From NCBI GenBank assembly GCA_964632315.1, contig CAZWEM010000018.1:1-64000 (forward strand): DNA of 64,000 bases. The letters run 5' to 3'. The notes beneath the pieces are model-generated. The model had not been told where the DNA came from, did no database searches, and was given only the letters and a program-made list of their open reading frames with translations. Numbering within the stretch: the stretch's first letter is position 1; each line of letters begins with the position of its first letter. This stretch comes from an uncultured archaeon. GTDB taxonomy: Archaea; Asgardarchaeota; Lokiarchaeia; Sigyniarchaeales; SOKP01. Below, piece after piece: positions 18,710 through 28,336 of this stretch. The translations under genes and the position numbers were made by a program.

Positions 18710-19396
18710 ATGCCTGAAGAAGAAGATGATCATGAAGAAGAGGAGGAGGAGGAAGAAGAAGAACTCTCCTCTGAAGAAGGTTTAGATTATAAAATTGAAA
18801 ATGTTGTTGCAACCGTTACTGTTGAAATCACTGAAAAAATTGATTTAAATCAAATTGCAAGAAAGCATGCTGAAGTAGAATATAATCCAGAGAGATTTCC
18901 TGGATTAGTCATGCGAATTGAGAAACCCAGAGCAACTATTCTCATATTTTCCACCGGAAAAATGGTTGTTACTGGATTACGTAAAGCGTCTGAGGCTGAA
19001 AGAGTGGTTGATAAAGTTGTTAAAAATATTCGAAAAGCAGGAATAAAATTATCTAATCCCGAGATCACCATTCAAAACATAGAAAACTTAATATATCATT
19101 AAGTTTATGGATTTGCGAGTGGCGATCTTCATACGAACATCGATCTAAATATGGCTGCAATTGTTATGGAGTATGCCATGTATGAACCAGAAGTGTTTCC
19201 CGGGTTAATTTATAGAATGCAAGAACCTAAGACTGTATTTTTAATATTTTCAACTGGTAGAATAGTATGCACCGGAGCCAAGCAAAAAGAAATTGTAAGA
19301 GATGCCGTAAAAAAACTAAACCAACAAGTACGTGATCTAGGAGTTGCAAAAAAGGAGCTTATAGATAGCGATTACCAAGATATCACGTTTATTTAA
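18710..19396 (+). CDS. tbp: TATA-box-binding protein, join(18710..19082,19113..19396), 218 aa after removal of a 30-nt intron
   Basis: Repeat 1: IENVVAT...YNPERFPGL...[12 protein letters not shown]. Repeat 2: IQNI|VASGDL...[13 protein letters not shown]...[14 protein letters not shown]. Both halves are in one frame, separated by 30 extra nt containing TAA. Confidence 0.9.
19083..19112 (+). other. Putative bulge-helix-bulge (tRNA-type) mRNA intron in tbp
   Basis: aaaacttaatatatcattaagtttatggat; 9-bp intron stem 19084-92/19098-106; 3-nt bulges 19081-83 and 19111-13; central helix 19077-80/19107-10; exon-exon helix 19061-76/19114-29; excision gives ATA G|TT GCG = I-V-A. Confidence 0.85.
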
Positions 19397-19444
19397 ATTT
19401 TTATTTTCTATTTTTATATTTTAGTTGATTATGAAAAGCAGTGC

Positions 19445-19770
19445 TAATCATAAATTCGATAATCAATTTTCGGTAAGCCAATATTTCTAACCCCTTTCTC
19501 ATTTGGTGCCATCTTATTGTAAACATCTACAGGACTTTCATAGGGAATTTTACTCCTTAAACCTTCTCGATTTGCCAATAATCGTTCTTTAAAATCTTCT
19601 AACCATTTTTTCCGGATTTGAGCTAGTTCTTTGGATTGAAATTGATGAGCTTCATATTTATCAAAATTAGCATATTCTATAATTTTAAGTTTTAAAATTC
19701 TTAGGTATACATATCCCCCAAGCCATTAATTCATCATTCGCAAGCGGCTTAAATCCTAATCTTTTCCTTT
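19445..19770 (-). pseudogene. Start-less, possibly frameshifted gene remnant of unknown family
   Basis: Minus-strand open frame of ~90 codons (...KLKIIEYANFDKYEAHQFQSKELAQIRKKWLEDFKERLL...YRIYD*) with no ATG near its 5' end; a short open frame in another phase overlaps it upstream. Confidence 0.35.
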
Positions 19771-19940
19771 TTTCTTTTCAAAAAAATCTAAATTCTAATC
19801 CAATCTCTTCCTTTCAGAGAGAGATCTTTAAGTTATGGGAGGAGTCCCCCAAATTGAGGACATTCTTCTCCAGAATTTATTTAAGAATGTATAACATGAT
19901 AATAAATGATATTAAATTCAGACAAAAATCAATAAAGTGA

Positions 19941-22187
19941 TTGCATTTAATGACAAAAACGATTTTGATGAATAATAAATTAATGAAGGTCACAGTCATT
20001 ATATTATCTTTTATTATACTAAGTATTTTAACCTCCAATATCAGTTTAAACAAAAATGAAGAAAGAAACAATAGCGAACTATTTTCAGAGCCTTTAGCAT
20101 CAAGTTCAAAATCGTTTATTTCTATCTGGGATACAACCAAATCTGGTGTTAGTAGTAGCAATCAAGTTCATTTACCTTTATTATCGAGTGGAAAATATAA
20201 TTTTACGGTTAATTGGGGAGATGGAAATAATGACACAATTACGATCTGGAATCAAGGTTCTGTAACCCATACATATGCTACCCAGGGTATTTATACCATA
20301 AAAATATTAGGAAAGATTATTGGTTGGCAATTTAATTACCAAGGAGATAGGTTGAAAATACTTGAAATTCAGCAATTTGGATGTCTACAATTAGGAAATT
20401 TGGGAAGTTATTTTTATGGATGCCGTAATTTAGCACTCACCGCTACTGATAGTTTGAATTTGAATGGAACCACAAATTTAAGTTTAATGTTCGGAAACTG
20501 CCATAATCTTGGCAATAGTGGTGATTTTAATAAGTGGAATACGTCAGGAGTCACAGATATGTTCCAAATGTTTTATAACGCTCAAACCTTCAATTGTTCC
20601 ATAGATAACTGGGATGTCTCAAGTGTAACGACAATGGCAAGAATGTTTGTTGATGCTGACTCATTTAACCAACCCATTGGCAACTGGGTTGTTTCGAGTG
20701 TGATAGATATGAATTGCATGTTTTGCGGTGCTTATTCTTTCAATCAACCCATTGGCAACTGGGATGTCTCAAATGTGAGAGATATGTTTGAAATGTTTGG
20801 TGATACAATCTCTTTTAATCAACCCTTAAGTAAATGGGATGTATCGAATGTGACAGAAATGCAGGGTATGTTCGATCAAGCATTATCATTCAATCAACCC
20901 ATTGGTGACTGGGATGTTTCTAGTGTGACATCAATGGCTTTGATGTTTGGATGGGCTCTTTCATTCAATCAACCCATTGGCAATTGGGATGTATCTAGTG
21001 TAACAACAATGGCTTCAATGTTTGCTGGAGCATCCTCATTTAATCAACCGATTGACGATTGGAATGTCTCAAATGTAATAGATATGAGCAGTATGTTTGA
21101 TGATGCTGGTTCATTTAATCAATCTCTTGGATCGTGGAATGTTTCGAAAGTAATAACGATGAATAGAATGTTCTATGGAGCCTCCTCATTCAACCAACCC
21201 ATTGACTTATGGGATGTTTCGAGTGTAACGGATATGTTTGAAATGTTTTCTAGTGCCTCCTCATTCGACCAATCTATTGGTGATTGGGATGTCTCGAGCG
21301 TGGGAGATATGAGAAACATGTTTTATGGAATAGCTTTATCAACACCAAATTATGATAATCTTCTACTGGGTTGGTCGCAGTTATTGCTAAAAAATGAAGT
21401 AATTTTTGATGGTGGTGATTCCAAATATAGTAATGCTGCCAAAACCGCGCGGCAATACATTATAACTACTTTTGATTGGACGATCATTGATGGTGGTTTA
21501 ATATCACCGGGAGAATTCACCTTATTTTCAAATGCAGGCACTCCCGATATTGATGGACGTTTTAATCTTACCTGGACACCATCTTCAAGAGCAAGTAATT
21601 ATTCAGTGTATCAAAATTCGAGTTACATTACTCAAGTTAATGAAAACTTATCTCTCTTGACTGCTGAAATTACAAATTTAACCCACATGCTCACTGGCTA
21701 TAATGAAGGAACTTACTACTTTATCATTGTAGCAAATAATGATTTTGATTACACTCTTTCTAATTGTCTCACTGTTGTAGTGAGATTACCACCAGGAGAA
21801 TTCGAATTATCATCAGATTCAGGCACTCCCGACCCCGACGGATGTTTCAATCTTACCTGGACACCATCTTCAAGAGCAAATAATTATTCCGTTTACCTAC
21901 ATTCAAGTTATATTACCGAGCTAAATGCTAGTGTTTCTCTCTTAGGATCTGGAATTACTGATCTGAATTTAAAATTGATTGGTTACGTTGATGGTGCTTA
22001 TTATTTTATGATTGTTGCCTATAATAACTATGGTATAAATCATTCAAACTGTATTAATGTGATTGTAATGAAAACTCCAACACAACAACAACCTCTCCCC
22101 GCAATTCAAGGATACGATCTCTACTTGCTTATAGGAATAGCGAGCGTGATAACGACTTTAATGCTTCGAAAACGAGTCAAATCCTAA
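19941..22187 (+). CDS. BspA-family (DUF285) repeat surface protein with PKD-like domain, two FnIII-like modules and Loki-CTERM-like anchor
   Basis: N-terminal hydrophobic helix; VNWGDG...THTY; 25-aa FNQPIGxWDVSxVxxMxxMF repeats; duplicated PGEFxLx[18 protein letters not shown]; C-terminal IQGY-TM-RKRVK. Confidence 0.85.
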   Translation: MHLMTKTILMNNKLMKVTVIILSFIILSILTSNISLNKNEERNNSELFSEPLASSSKSFISIWDTTKSGVSSSNQVHLPLLSSGKYNFTVNWGDGNNDTITIWNQGSVTHTYATQGIYTIKILGKIIGWQFNYQGDRLKILEIQQFGCLQLGNLGSYFYGCRNLALTATDSLNLNGTTNLSLMFGNCHNLGNSGDFNKWNTSGVTDMFQMFYNAQTFNCSIDNWDVSSVTTMARMFVDADSFNQPIGNWVVSSVIDMNCMFCGAYSFNQPIGNWDVSNVRDMFEMFGDTISFNQPLSKWDVSNVTEMQGMFDQALSFNQPIGDWDVSSVTSMALMFGWALSFNQPIGNWDVSSVTTMASMFAGASSFNQPIDDWNVSNVIDMSSMFDDAGSFNQSLGSWNVSKVITMNRMFYGASSFNQPIDLWDVSSVTDMFEMFSSASSFDQSIGDWDVSSVGDMRNMFYGIALSTPNYDNLLLGWSQLLLKNEVIFDGGDSKYSNAAKTARQYIITTFDWTIIDGGLISPGEFTLFSNAGTPDIDGRFNLTWTPSSRASNYSVYQNSSYITQVNENLSLLTAEITNLTHMLTGYNEGTYYFIIVANNDFDYTLSNCLTVVVRLPPGEFELSSDSGTPDPDGCFNLTWTPSSRANNYSVYLHSSYITELNASVSLLGSGITDLNLKLIGYVDGAYYFMIVAYNNYGINHSNCINVIVMKTPTQQQPLPAIQGYDLYLLIGIASVITTLMLRKRVKS
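20525..21330 (+). repeat. About 11 tandem 75-bp (25-aa) DUF285 repeats
   Basis: Recurrent ttcaatcaacccattggcaactgggatgtctc-like DNA. Confidence 0.85.
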
Positions 22188-22281
22188 TTTTCCATTTTTT
22201 CTTTTTTTGAATATTAAGTATAAATAGGATTATATCCTAGCTTTATATTAAAGATTTTGACAAAAATCGAGCTATGAAATT

Positions 22282-22497
22282 ATGAAGCATAGATATAATT
22301 TAAAAATCATCAATTCAAGAATTAAATCAGTATTAATCGTGAGTGTTTTATTAATATCCATTATAGTTCATATAAAAATTGGATTTTCCTTGAGTCCTGA
22401 TACACCTACGAATCCGTATCCTCAAGATGGCGCAACTGGTTATGGTGGGATTTTTTTACTCCCATACTTAGAAGTTGACGTCTCTGATGGAGATTAG
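22282..22497 (+). pseudogene. Truncated N-terminus of a secreted/surface protein
   Basis: Signal-like helix followed by PDTPTNPYPQDGATG...LEVDVSDGD; ends at TAG with no visible continuation. Confidence 0.5.
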
Positions 22498-22604
22498 ATA
22501 TAGAGAAAAACTTAGTAGTAAATGATTTTTAAACCACTATCTTAATCGGAGGGTGACCGCAATTTCTTTTATTTGATTTTTCTGAAATATGCGTTCGAGT
22601 TAAT

Positions 22605-23084
22605 TTAATCTTTCTGAAAAACAATCATAAATTCACAGAAATCTTCTCCTGTTTGTAAAGCGCAATTTACTTCTTGAGCAAAACAATGAAAATTTATCAT
22701 TCTTTCAACGATTCCTGCAAGTATTCCGGCTTCAAAGGAACAAAAACTTCCGTCTGATTTGATTCCCTTGCCTATCAAATCTTTAATTGATGAATGTTCT
22801 TTTAATTTTAACTGAATAATTTCTTCTGAACTGTCAGTAATTTCAACTTTTCCAAGATTATAATCGTGAATTATTTTTTTTAATGATTCAGGGATCTGAT
22901 ATACATCATTTAATTGTTTGACTTTTAAGATCGTTCCAAGTTCATGCCCCAAATAATAGAAAATGGCTTCTAATTGATGTCCTAGAGCTAATAAAGCTCC
23001 TACTTTCATATCTCCTATTTCTTTACCTTTTTCTAAATGATTCCTCATTTGAGCTAAAATTCCAGAAAGTAATTGTCTATCCAA
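22605..23084 (-). CDS. V4R domain protein (Bet3/TRAPP-related fold)
   Basis: YYLGHELG, YNLGKVEI, FCSFEAGILAGIVE, QEVNCALQTGEDFCEF. Confidence 0.85.
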   Translation of the reverse strand: MDRQLLSGILAQMRNHLEKGKEIGDMKVGALLALGHQLEAIFYYLGHELGTILKVKQLNDVYQIPESLKKIIHDYNLGKVEITDSSEEIIQLKLKEHSSIKDLIGKGIKSDGSFCSFEAGILAGIVERMINFHCFAQEVNCALQTGEDFCEFMIVFQKD

Positions 23085-23114
23085 TCATTTCACTTCCTAA
23101 TTTTTTAAATTATT

Positions 23115-23411
23115 TTATTCAATTTCTACTGATGAGATAAAACCGTATAAAATCGCATCGATAATGTCTTCTTCTTGGATATTAATACTTAATTTCTTAT
23201 CAGCGATTATAATTGTAGGTAATGAAGTTACCTTATAATGCTGGGTTAGTTTATAATTTTTACTTACGTCTATTTTTTCAATATATAATTTCTTTCCAAA
23301 CATTGATAAATTTATTCTCTTCAACATTTCTTCGACAGGTTGACAAGGAGTACAATGTGGAGATGAAAAAAGTAATATTTTCGGATATCCACTTTTCAAA
23401 GCACTTGACAT
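23115..23411 (-). CDS. Thioredoxin-family protein
   Basis: FSSPHCTPC (CxxC), IDV, Y.VTSLPTIII (cis-Pro). Confidence 0.85.
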   Translation of the reverse strand: MSSALKSGYPKILLFSSPHCTPCQPVEEMLKRINLSMFGKKLYIEKIDVSKNYKLTQHYKVTSLPTIIIADKKLSINIQEEDIIDAILYGFISSVEIE

Positions 23412-23443
23412 TTACAATCCTTATAACCTATCTAAATAAATTT

Positions 23444-23983
23444 TTATTGATCTTTATATTTTTCATACAAATTCATAATTATTGCTTGAAATGCTTTATA
23501 AACCCCGTTTCCTGTTTTTGCTGAAGTTTTATAGTATCCAAGAAAATTTCTTTCATTAACAAGTTGAATTGCTTTATCATCATCTAAATTATCTAAATCT
23601 ACTAGATCGATCTTGTTTCCAAATAGCATTATTGGAATATTTCCACAGTATTTTTTAATATCCTCATGCCATTCACTTACATCCTCAAAACTTTCCTCTT
23701 CATCTGGGTCATGGGAAAAAACAATTATTGCTGCCTTACTCCCCTTATAAAACGTAGGACGCATGAAACTGAACTGTTCTTGACCTGCAATATCCCAGAA
23801 AAAAAGCTTTACGGCATTTCCCGCAATTTTTTCATCATATTTCGAAAATTGGGCTCCTAACGTCTTTATATATTCCTTTTGGAAACTGCCCTTCGTATAT
23901 TTTCGTATCAATGATGTTTTGCCAACGCCCCCATTGCCTATTACAGTAATCTTGAATACAAAATCTTTCCTTTCCTCATTCAT
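23444..23983 (-). CDS. Rab-like small GTPase
   Basis: GNGGVGKT, KTLG, WDIAGQE, GNKID, KTSAK. Confidence 0.93.
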   Translation of the reverse strand: MNEERKDFVFKITVIGNGGVGKTSLIRKYTKGSFQKEYIKTLGAQFSKYDEKIAGNAVKLFFWDIAGQEQFSFMRPTFYKGSKAAIIVFSHDPDEEESFEDVSEWHEDIKKYCGNIPIMLFGNKIDLVDLDNLDDDKAIQLVNERNFLGYYKTSAKTGNGVYKAFQAIIMNLYEKYKDQ

Positions 23984-24163
23984 TTTACCATAATCACTAA
24001 ATTGTATTTTTCCGTATCTCTAATTAATTGGATTATTTATCCAAAAATAAACAATACATCATTTTTTATTTATATGGATTAATATAATAACATTATACTT
24101 TAAAGTTTTTCAAATACTAATTTAGCTATATAATAAAAATTCAGCAAATAAAGCAGATTAGAC

Positions 24164-24625
24164 GTGATAGAAAGAATCACCAAAATTGTGGATAATTTAG
24201 TTAAAAATCAAATTCGAATCGCTTTTGCGGAATCTTGCACAGGAGGTTATGTCTCTCACATGTTTACCAATATATCTGGGGTATCAAACACTTTTGATCG
24301 AGGTATAGTTTGTTATAGCAATGCTGCTAAAGTGCAACTATTAAATGTAGAATCCAAAACATTAGAAAAATATGGTGCCGTATCAGAGGAAGTTGCTAAC
24401 CAATTAGCATTCAATCTCAGGATTCTTTCAAGCGTTGATATTGGTATTGGAATAACGGGAATCGCAGGACCTACTGGCGGAACTGAAGAAAAACCCGTAG
24501 GTTTAGTATATATTGGGTTTTCAACTGAGAAAGAAACAGTTGTAAAAAAATTCCAATTTCATACTGACAGAATTGATTTTAAAAAGAAAATATTAGAAAA
24601 GATTTTAGATTACTTTGAAACCTAA
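24164..24625 (+). CDS. CinA C-terminal domain / NMN amidohydrolase (PncC-like)
   Basis: AESCTGG, YSNAAK, YGAVSEEVA, GITGIAGPTGG..EKPVGLVYIG. Confidence 0.9.
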   Translation: MIERITKIVDNLVKNQIRIAFAESCTGGYVSHMFTNISGVSNTFDRGIVCYSNAAKVQLLNVESKTLEKYGAVSEEVANQLAFNLRILSSVDIGIGITGIAGPTGGTEEKPVGLVYIGFSTEKETVVKKFQFHTDRIDFKKKILEKILDYFET

Positions 24626-25809
24626 TCTTCTATTATTTTTCCTTGTTCCATGATCATTTTTTTAGTGCCGTCTTTATACTCTATAGTGATATTTACTTTC
24701 GGAGCAGTGACAAAATCCCAATGCATCTGTGATTTTGAAGTTCCACCAAAAAGATTATTCATTCCGAATGCAACATGTACGCTACCAGTTATTTTTTCGT
24801 CGGTTAAGATGTATCCAATCCCTCGCGTTATTTTCGGGTTACATCCAATGCCTAATTCAGCCACATTATAAGTCCTTATTTCTGGAAGGTTATTCTTTTT
24901 ATCTATCTCTTCACATTGCTTAAAAGCTTCAATTAAAGTGTCTAAGTCATTATCGGCTGTAATATTATCAATTTGAAGTTTTCCGTCCTTAAAAGTTAAA
25001 TTCACCCCTCTTATGATTCTCTTACTATCTCTTTCTCTCGTTATTGGACAAAATATTGTTCCCTCTCCTAATTTTTCATTTGGTGGGAAAAATACTTCCC
25101 CAGCTGGTAAATTTCCACCTAAATCTCCCATTTCAATCTGTTCATCAGATATTAAACCATCATCTAAAATTTTTGTCCTATTTTCTATAGAAACCCAAAA
25201 ATTTGTTCCAAAATCATCACTTACATGCACTTTTTTCGCATTTTCAAAATGTTTACCTATATTTTTCGTAATCTTGTGTAATTCTTCCATGGGTACTGCC
25301 ATCCCGTCAACGCAAAACTTTTCAAGTAAATCATAATCTATTCCATAGTATTCTGCAGCACTCTCAGAGGGCCAACCAGCATATATCCATTTTTTTCCAG
25401 GTGCGAATTTTTCATTAGCACCATATAACACGTCTCTTATTGGAACCATCGATTTTGCATGTGATTTTAATCTATCCCGAGGGATATGATTCATTATACC
25501 TGGATTTTCAAGAGGTTCGATAACGACATAGGCATCAATATTTTCGATTAATTTCAAGTAATGTGTATGCGTTTTTTCTAAAATTTCATTCTTAATTTTA
25601 CCATCAGTATAAACAGAATGCGTATATTTATCTGAAGTTGATGAAATTCGAGGAAGCCCCCCATTTCTATAAGCTTCTAAGGCAATTTCTTCTAATAGCT
25701 CTTGTGAGTATATCCCTCCAGTTATAAACACACACTCTCCTTCTTTTTTGAAGTTAAGTGCTTTGATAATATTTTGAGCACATAGAACAATTTTTTTTTT
25801 ATCAATCAT
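24622..25809 (-). CDS. M29 family (thermophilic metalloprotease) aminopeptidase
   Basis: NLPAGEVF, AELGIGCNP, DEKITGSVHVAFG, HWDFV. Confidence 0.88.
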   Translation of the reverse strand: MIDKKKIVLCAQNIIKALNFKKEGECVFITGGIYSQELLEEIALEAYRNGGLPRISSTSDKYTHSVYTDGKIKNEILEKTHTHYLKLIENIDAYVVIEPLENPGIMNHIPRDRLKSHAKSMVPIRDVLYGANEKFAPGKKWIYAGWPSESAAEYYGIDYDLLEKFCVDGMAVPMEELHKITKNIGKHFENAKKVHVSDDFGTNFWVSIENRTKILDDGLISDEQIEMGDLGGNLPAGEVFFPPNEKLGEGTIFCPITRERDSKRIIRGVNLTFKDGKLQIDNITADNDLDTLIEAFKQCEEIDKKNNLPEIRTYNVAELGIGCNPKITRGIGYILTDEKITGSVHVAFGMNNLFGGTSKSQMHWDFVTAPKVNITIEYKDGTKKMIMEQGKIIED

Positions 25810-25988
25810 AGGATTAAAAATATGTGTATCGATTTTATTTCTTATTAAAATCAGAAATATGAATCGTATCGATACTTAAGACTTAACAAAGAGTTTATTA
25901 CATTGAATGTTTATATTAAATGTAGAATTATAGCACTTTATTCAGCTCTTATAAATATATATACACAATTCTTCTGGTAAATCCTAAT

Positions 25989-26453
25989 ATGGTTATTCGC
26001 GAAGCCGGCTTATTATTCAGGGGATTCACGCTTGTAAAGAAAAGCTATCATAAATCAACCTTAGGTAAAATCGATACCGACTTGCGGAGTGGGCTCTTAA
26101 CCGCTATTCTTAATTTTGCAGAAACTGCATTTTCGAAGGATTTTATTGAATACTTCGAAGGTAAGAAGTATGTCATCGCTTTTAGGAAGGATCAAATAAC
26201 AGCTGAAGATAGTTTTGAACCGGAACTTTTAATTTCTTACGCAATAATGGATAAAGAAAAACGCATAGAAAAATATATTCATAAAGTCGTTCAACCCATA
26301 CTAAAAATGATTGCTGACCAATTTAAGAGCAAGAATAATGGTAGAAATCTTTCAGAAGTGACCCAATTTAAATATTTTAAGGAAACCTTAGATAAGCTGT
26401 TTGGTACTGATACAGAAAATGTGGATCAAAAATTAAAAGGAACATTTTATTAA
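25989..26453 (+). CDS. Longin-like domain protein
   Basis: IREAGLLFRG.TLV...DTDLRSGLLTAILNFAE pattern. Confidence 0.55.
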   Translation: MVIREAGLLFRGFTLVKKSYHKSTLGKIDTDLRSGLLTAILNFAETAFSKDFIEYFEGKKYVIAFRKDQITAEDSFEPELLISYAIMDKEKRIEKYIHKVVQPILKMIADQFKSKNNGRNLSEVTQFKYFKETLDKLFGTDTENVDQKLKGTFY

Positions 26454-26457
26454 CATC

Positions 26458-27405
26458 TTACTTCTTTTTTACCTCTTTTAAATACCACAATAAAATTGGT
26501 AAAACAATTGAAGCATCAGATATAACTGTGGATCTTTGTGCGTTTTCTCCGATCTTTCCCCAAGAAATTGCTTCTTGCAATGTTGCACCGCTTAACCCTC
26601 CAGGTTCAGGACGATCCATGGTAATTTGAATAGCATAATCTGCAGAATTTGGGCAAAACTGGAGTGATTGAAATATAAAATTTTTTGGGACACCTCCACC
26701 AATAATACAGACTCCCGCTTTTTTTGAATCCCACGCAATATCGACCATTTTAAGCATATCTTTAAAATGATTTAAATTCAAATTTTGATAATGAAATCCG
26801 AGTTGTAAAGCTAAGCCAGAATCTGTAAATGCTGGACAAAAAATGGGAATATCTTTCTCGGCGCATATTTTTAAAATTGATTTAGAACCTTTTGGTAACT
26901 GTTCTCCTAAATATTTTAAAAATTCACTTACAGGCATCGAATATTCAGGTATATCTAATTTCGAAACAAAATCTTCAATTCCTTCATACACCTCGTTAGG
27001 TAAAAATACATCATAAATTCGATTCATCTCATTGCTATGAAATTTCTGATCATCAAATTCATTTACGTTTAACTCTCCTTGAAGATGATGAAAACCTAGA
27101 CTTTCCGCAAGATCGTGAGTAAGATTTGCTCCAGTAGTTATTAAAACATCAATAAAATCCTCTTTTATAAAATCGTGAAGTATTCCTTGGAATCCTGCAG
27201 GAACTAATGCACCTGCTAACCCAAAAAAAATCCTACAATCTTCTTCATTTATCATTTCCTCATAGATTTTACAAGCAAGTGCCATTCTTTTGGCGCTAAA
27301 ACCAGTATTAGAAAGTTTTTTTATAAAATCGGTAATATTTTCATCATCATCTAAATGAAATTGATTTACTTCTTTATATTTCTTATTTGAATCTTCTTGA
27401 GTCAT
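26458..27405 (-). CDS. dys: Deoxyhypusine synthase
   Basis: TTGANLTHD, NRIYDV, PAFTDS, GGGVPKN, GGLSGAT..EAISWGK (catalytic Lys). Confidence 0.92.
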   Translation of the reverse strand: MTQEDSNKKYKEVNQFHLDDDENITDFIKKLSNTGFSAKRMALACKIYEEMINEEDCRIFFGLAGALVPAGFQGILHDFIKEDFIDVLITTGANLTHDLAESLGFHHLQGELNVNEFDDQKFHSNEMNRIYDVFLPNEVYEGIEDFVSKLDIPEYSMPVSEFLKYLGEQLPKGSKSILKICAEKDIPIFCPAFTDSGLALQLGFHYQNLNLNHFKDMLKMVDIAWDSKKAGVCIIGGGVPKNFIFQSLQFCPNSADYAIQITMDRPEPGGLSGATLQEAISWGKIGENAQRSTVISDASIVLPILLWYLKEVKKK

Positions 27406-27420
27406 TTTACATCATCATAT

Positions 27421-28323
27421 TTAAATAGAATGGGAAATAAATGAAATGAATTCAATAATCAGTTTTGCTGCTAAATTTGCTGTCATATTGTTAGGAGGAT
27501 CCAAGTTTGGAGCGACCTCAACCAGATCGAAACCAATGATGTTAAAACTTTTTGCTAATGTCCTCAAAATGTTCCACATTTCTCTATATGATAATCCTCC
27601 AGGGATAGCATATCCCGTTGCTGGTGCAATTGATGGATCTAAAACATCAATATCAATCGAAACATACAATTTTTTAATTTTAGAATTTTTGAAAAAATTA
27701 ATAATGTCATTTGTAAGCTTTTGAAGTCCTAAATCAGAAAATAAAAATGCATCGTAGTGTGTTATATGCTCCTCATTTGCAATCTTCAATTCAGGGATGT
27801 CCATATCTCGAGTTCCAACAATTAAAAGTCTGTTGTTATCAACAAAATCTAAATCGTATATTCGGTGTGAGATCGTTGCATGAGAATATACTCCTTTATC
27901 CCACTCATCATATAAATCTAAATGGCTATCAAAAATTAGAATCCCAACATCATTATTTAAATTTAAATTTTTTCCCATAGATTTTACAACTGGGAAAGTA
28001 CAAAAGTGATCTCCACCAATAGCAACAAGTACAATATTTTGTTTTTTGTTGTAAATTCTAGTTATAAAATCATTAATTTCCTTGAGATTTAATTCTACGT
28101 TTGAATCAACTATTCTAATGTCCCCAGCATCAATCACTTTCAAACTTGGAATTTCAATTCCCATCTCTGTAGTCAAAGCTAAATTCGAAGTAACGGCTCG
28201 AATTTTTGAAGGTGCTTCCGAAGCATTTGCATGCTGTGCAGAACTTAAATAATCCCACGGAATACCAAAAATTACAAATTCTGAATCATTTTGTATTTCT
28301 TCATTAAAGTCAAAAAAACTCAT
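27421..28323 (-). CDS. speB: Agmatinase (ureohydrolase family)
   Basis: GGDH, DSHLD, SHAT, SIDIDVLDPS.APATG..PGG, DLVEVAP. Confidence 0.85.
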   Translation of the reverse strand: MSFFDFNEEIQNDSEFVIFGIPWDYLSSAQHANASEAPSKIRAVTSNLALTTEMGIEIPSLKVIDAGDIRIVDSNVELNLKEINDFITRIYNKKQNIVLVAIGGDHFCTFPVVKSMGKNLNLNNDVGILIFDSHLDLYDEWDKGVYSHATISHRIYDLDFVDNNRLLIVGTRDMDIPELKIANEEHITHYDAFLFSDLGLQKLTNDIINFFKNSKIKKLYVSIDIDVLDPSIAPATGYAIPGGLSYREMWNILRTLAKSFNIIGFDLVEVAPNLDPPNNMTANLAAKLIIEFISFISHSI

Positions 28324-28336
28324 GGATATCCTCCAA

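Noticed and set aside
19151-19396. Treating 18710..19102 and 19151..19396 as two independent genes, as a simple tbp pseudogene, or as stop-codon readthrough
   Set aside because: The ATG at 19151 would drop the first strand of repeat 2. Readthrough would leave 10 extra residues in the DNA-contacting strand. Both halves are otherwise undamaged, and the BHB geometry predicts the exact junction.
20525-21330. Regularly spaced DNA repeats resembling a CRISPR array
   Set aside because: They are degenerate 75-bp in-frame coding repeats of the DUF285 protein, with no invariant repeats, unique spacers or cas genes
23222-23524. 100-aa hydrophobic plus-strand ORF
   Set aside because: Antisense to the thioredoxin and GTPase genes; its composition reflects the AT-rich reverse frame
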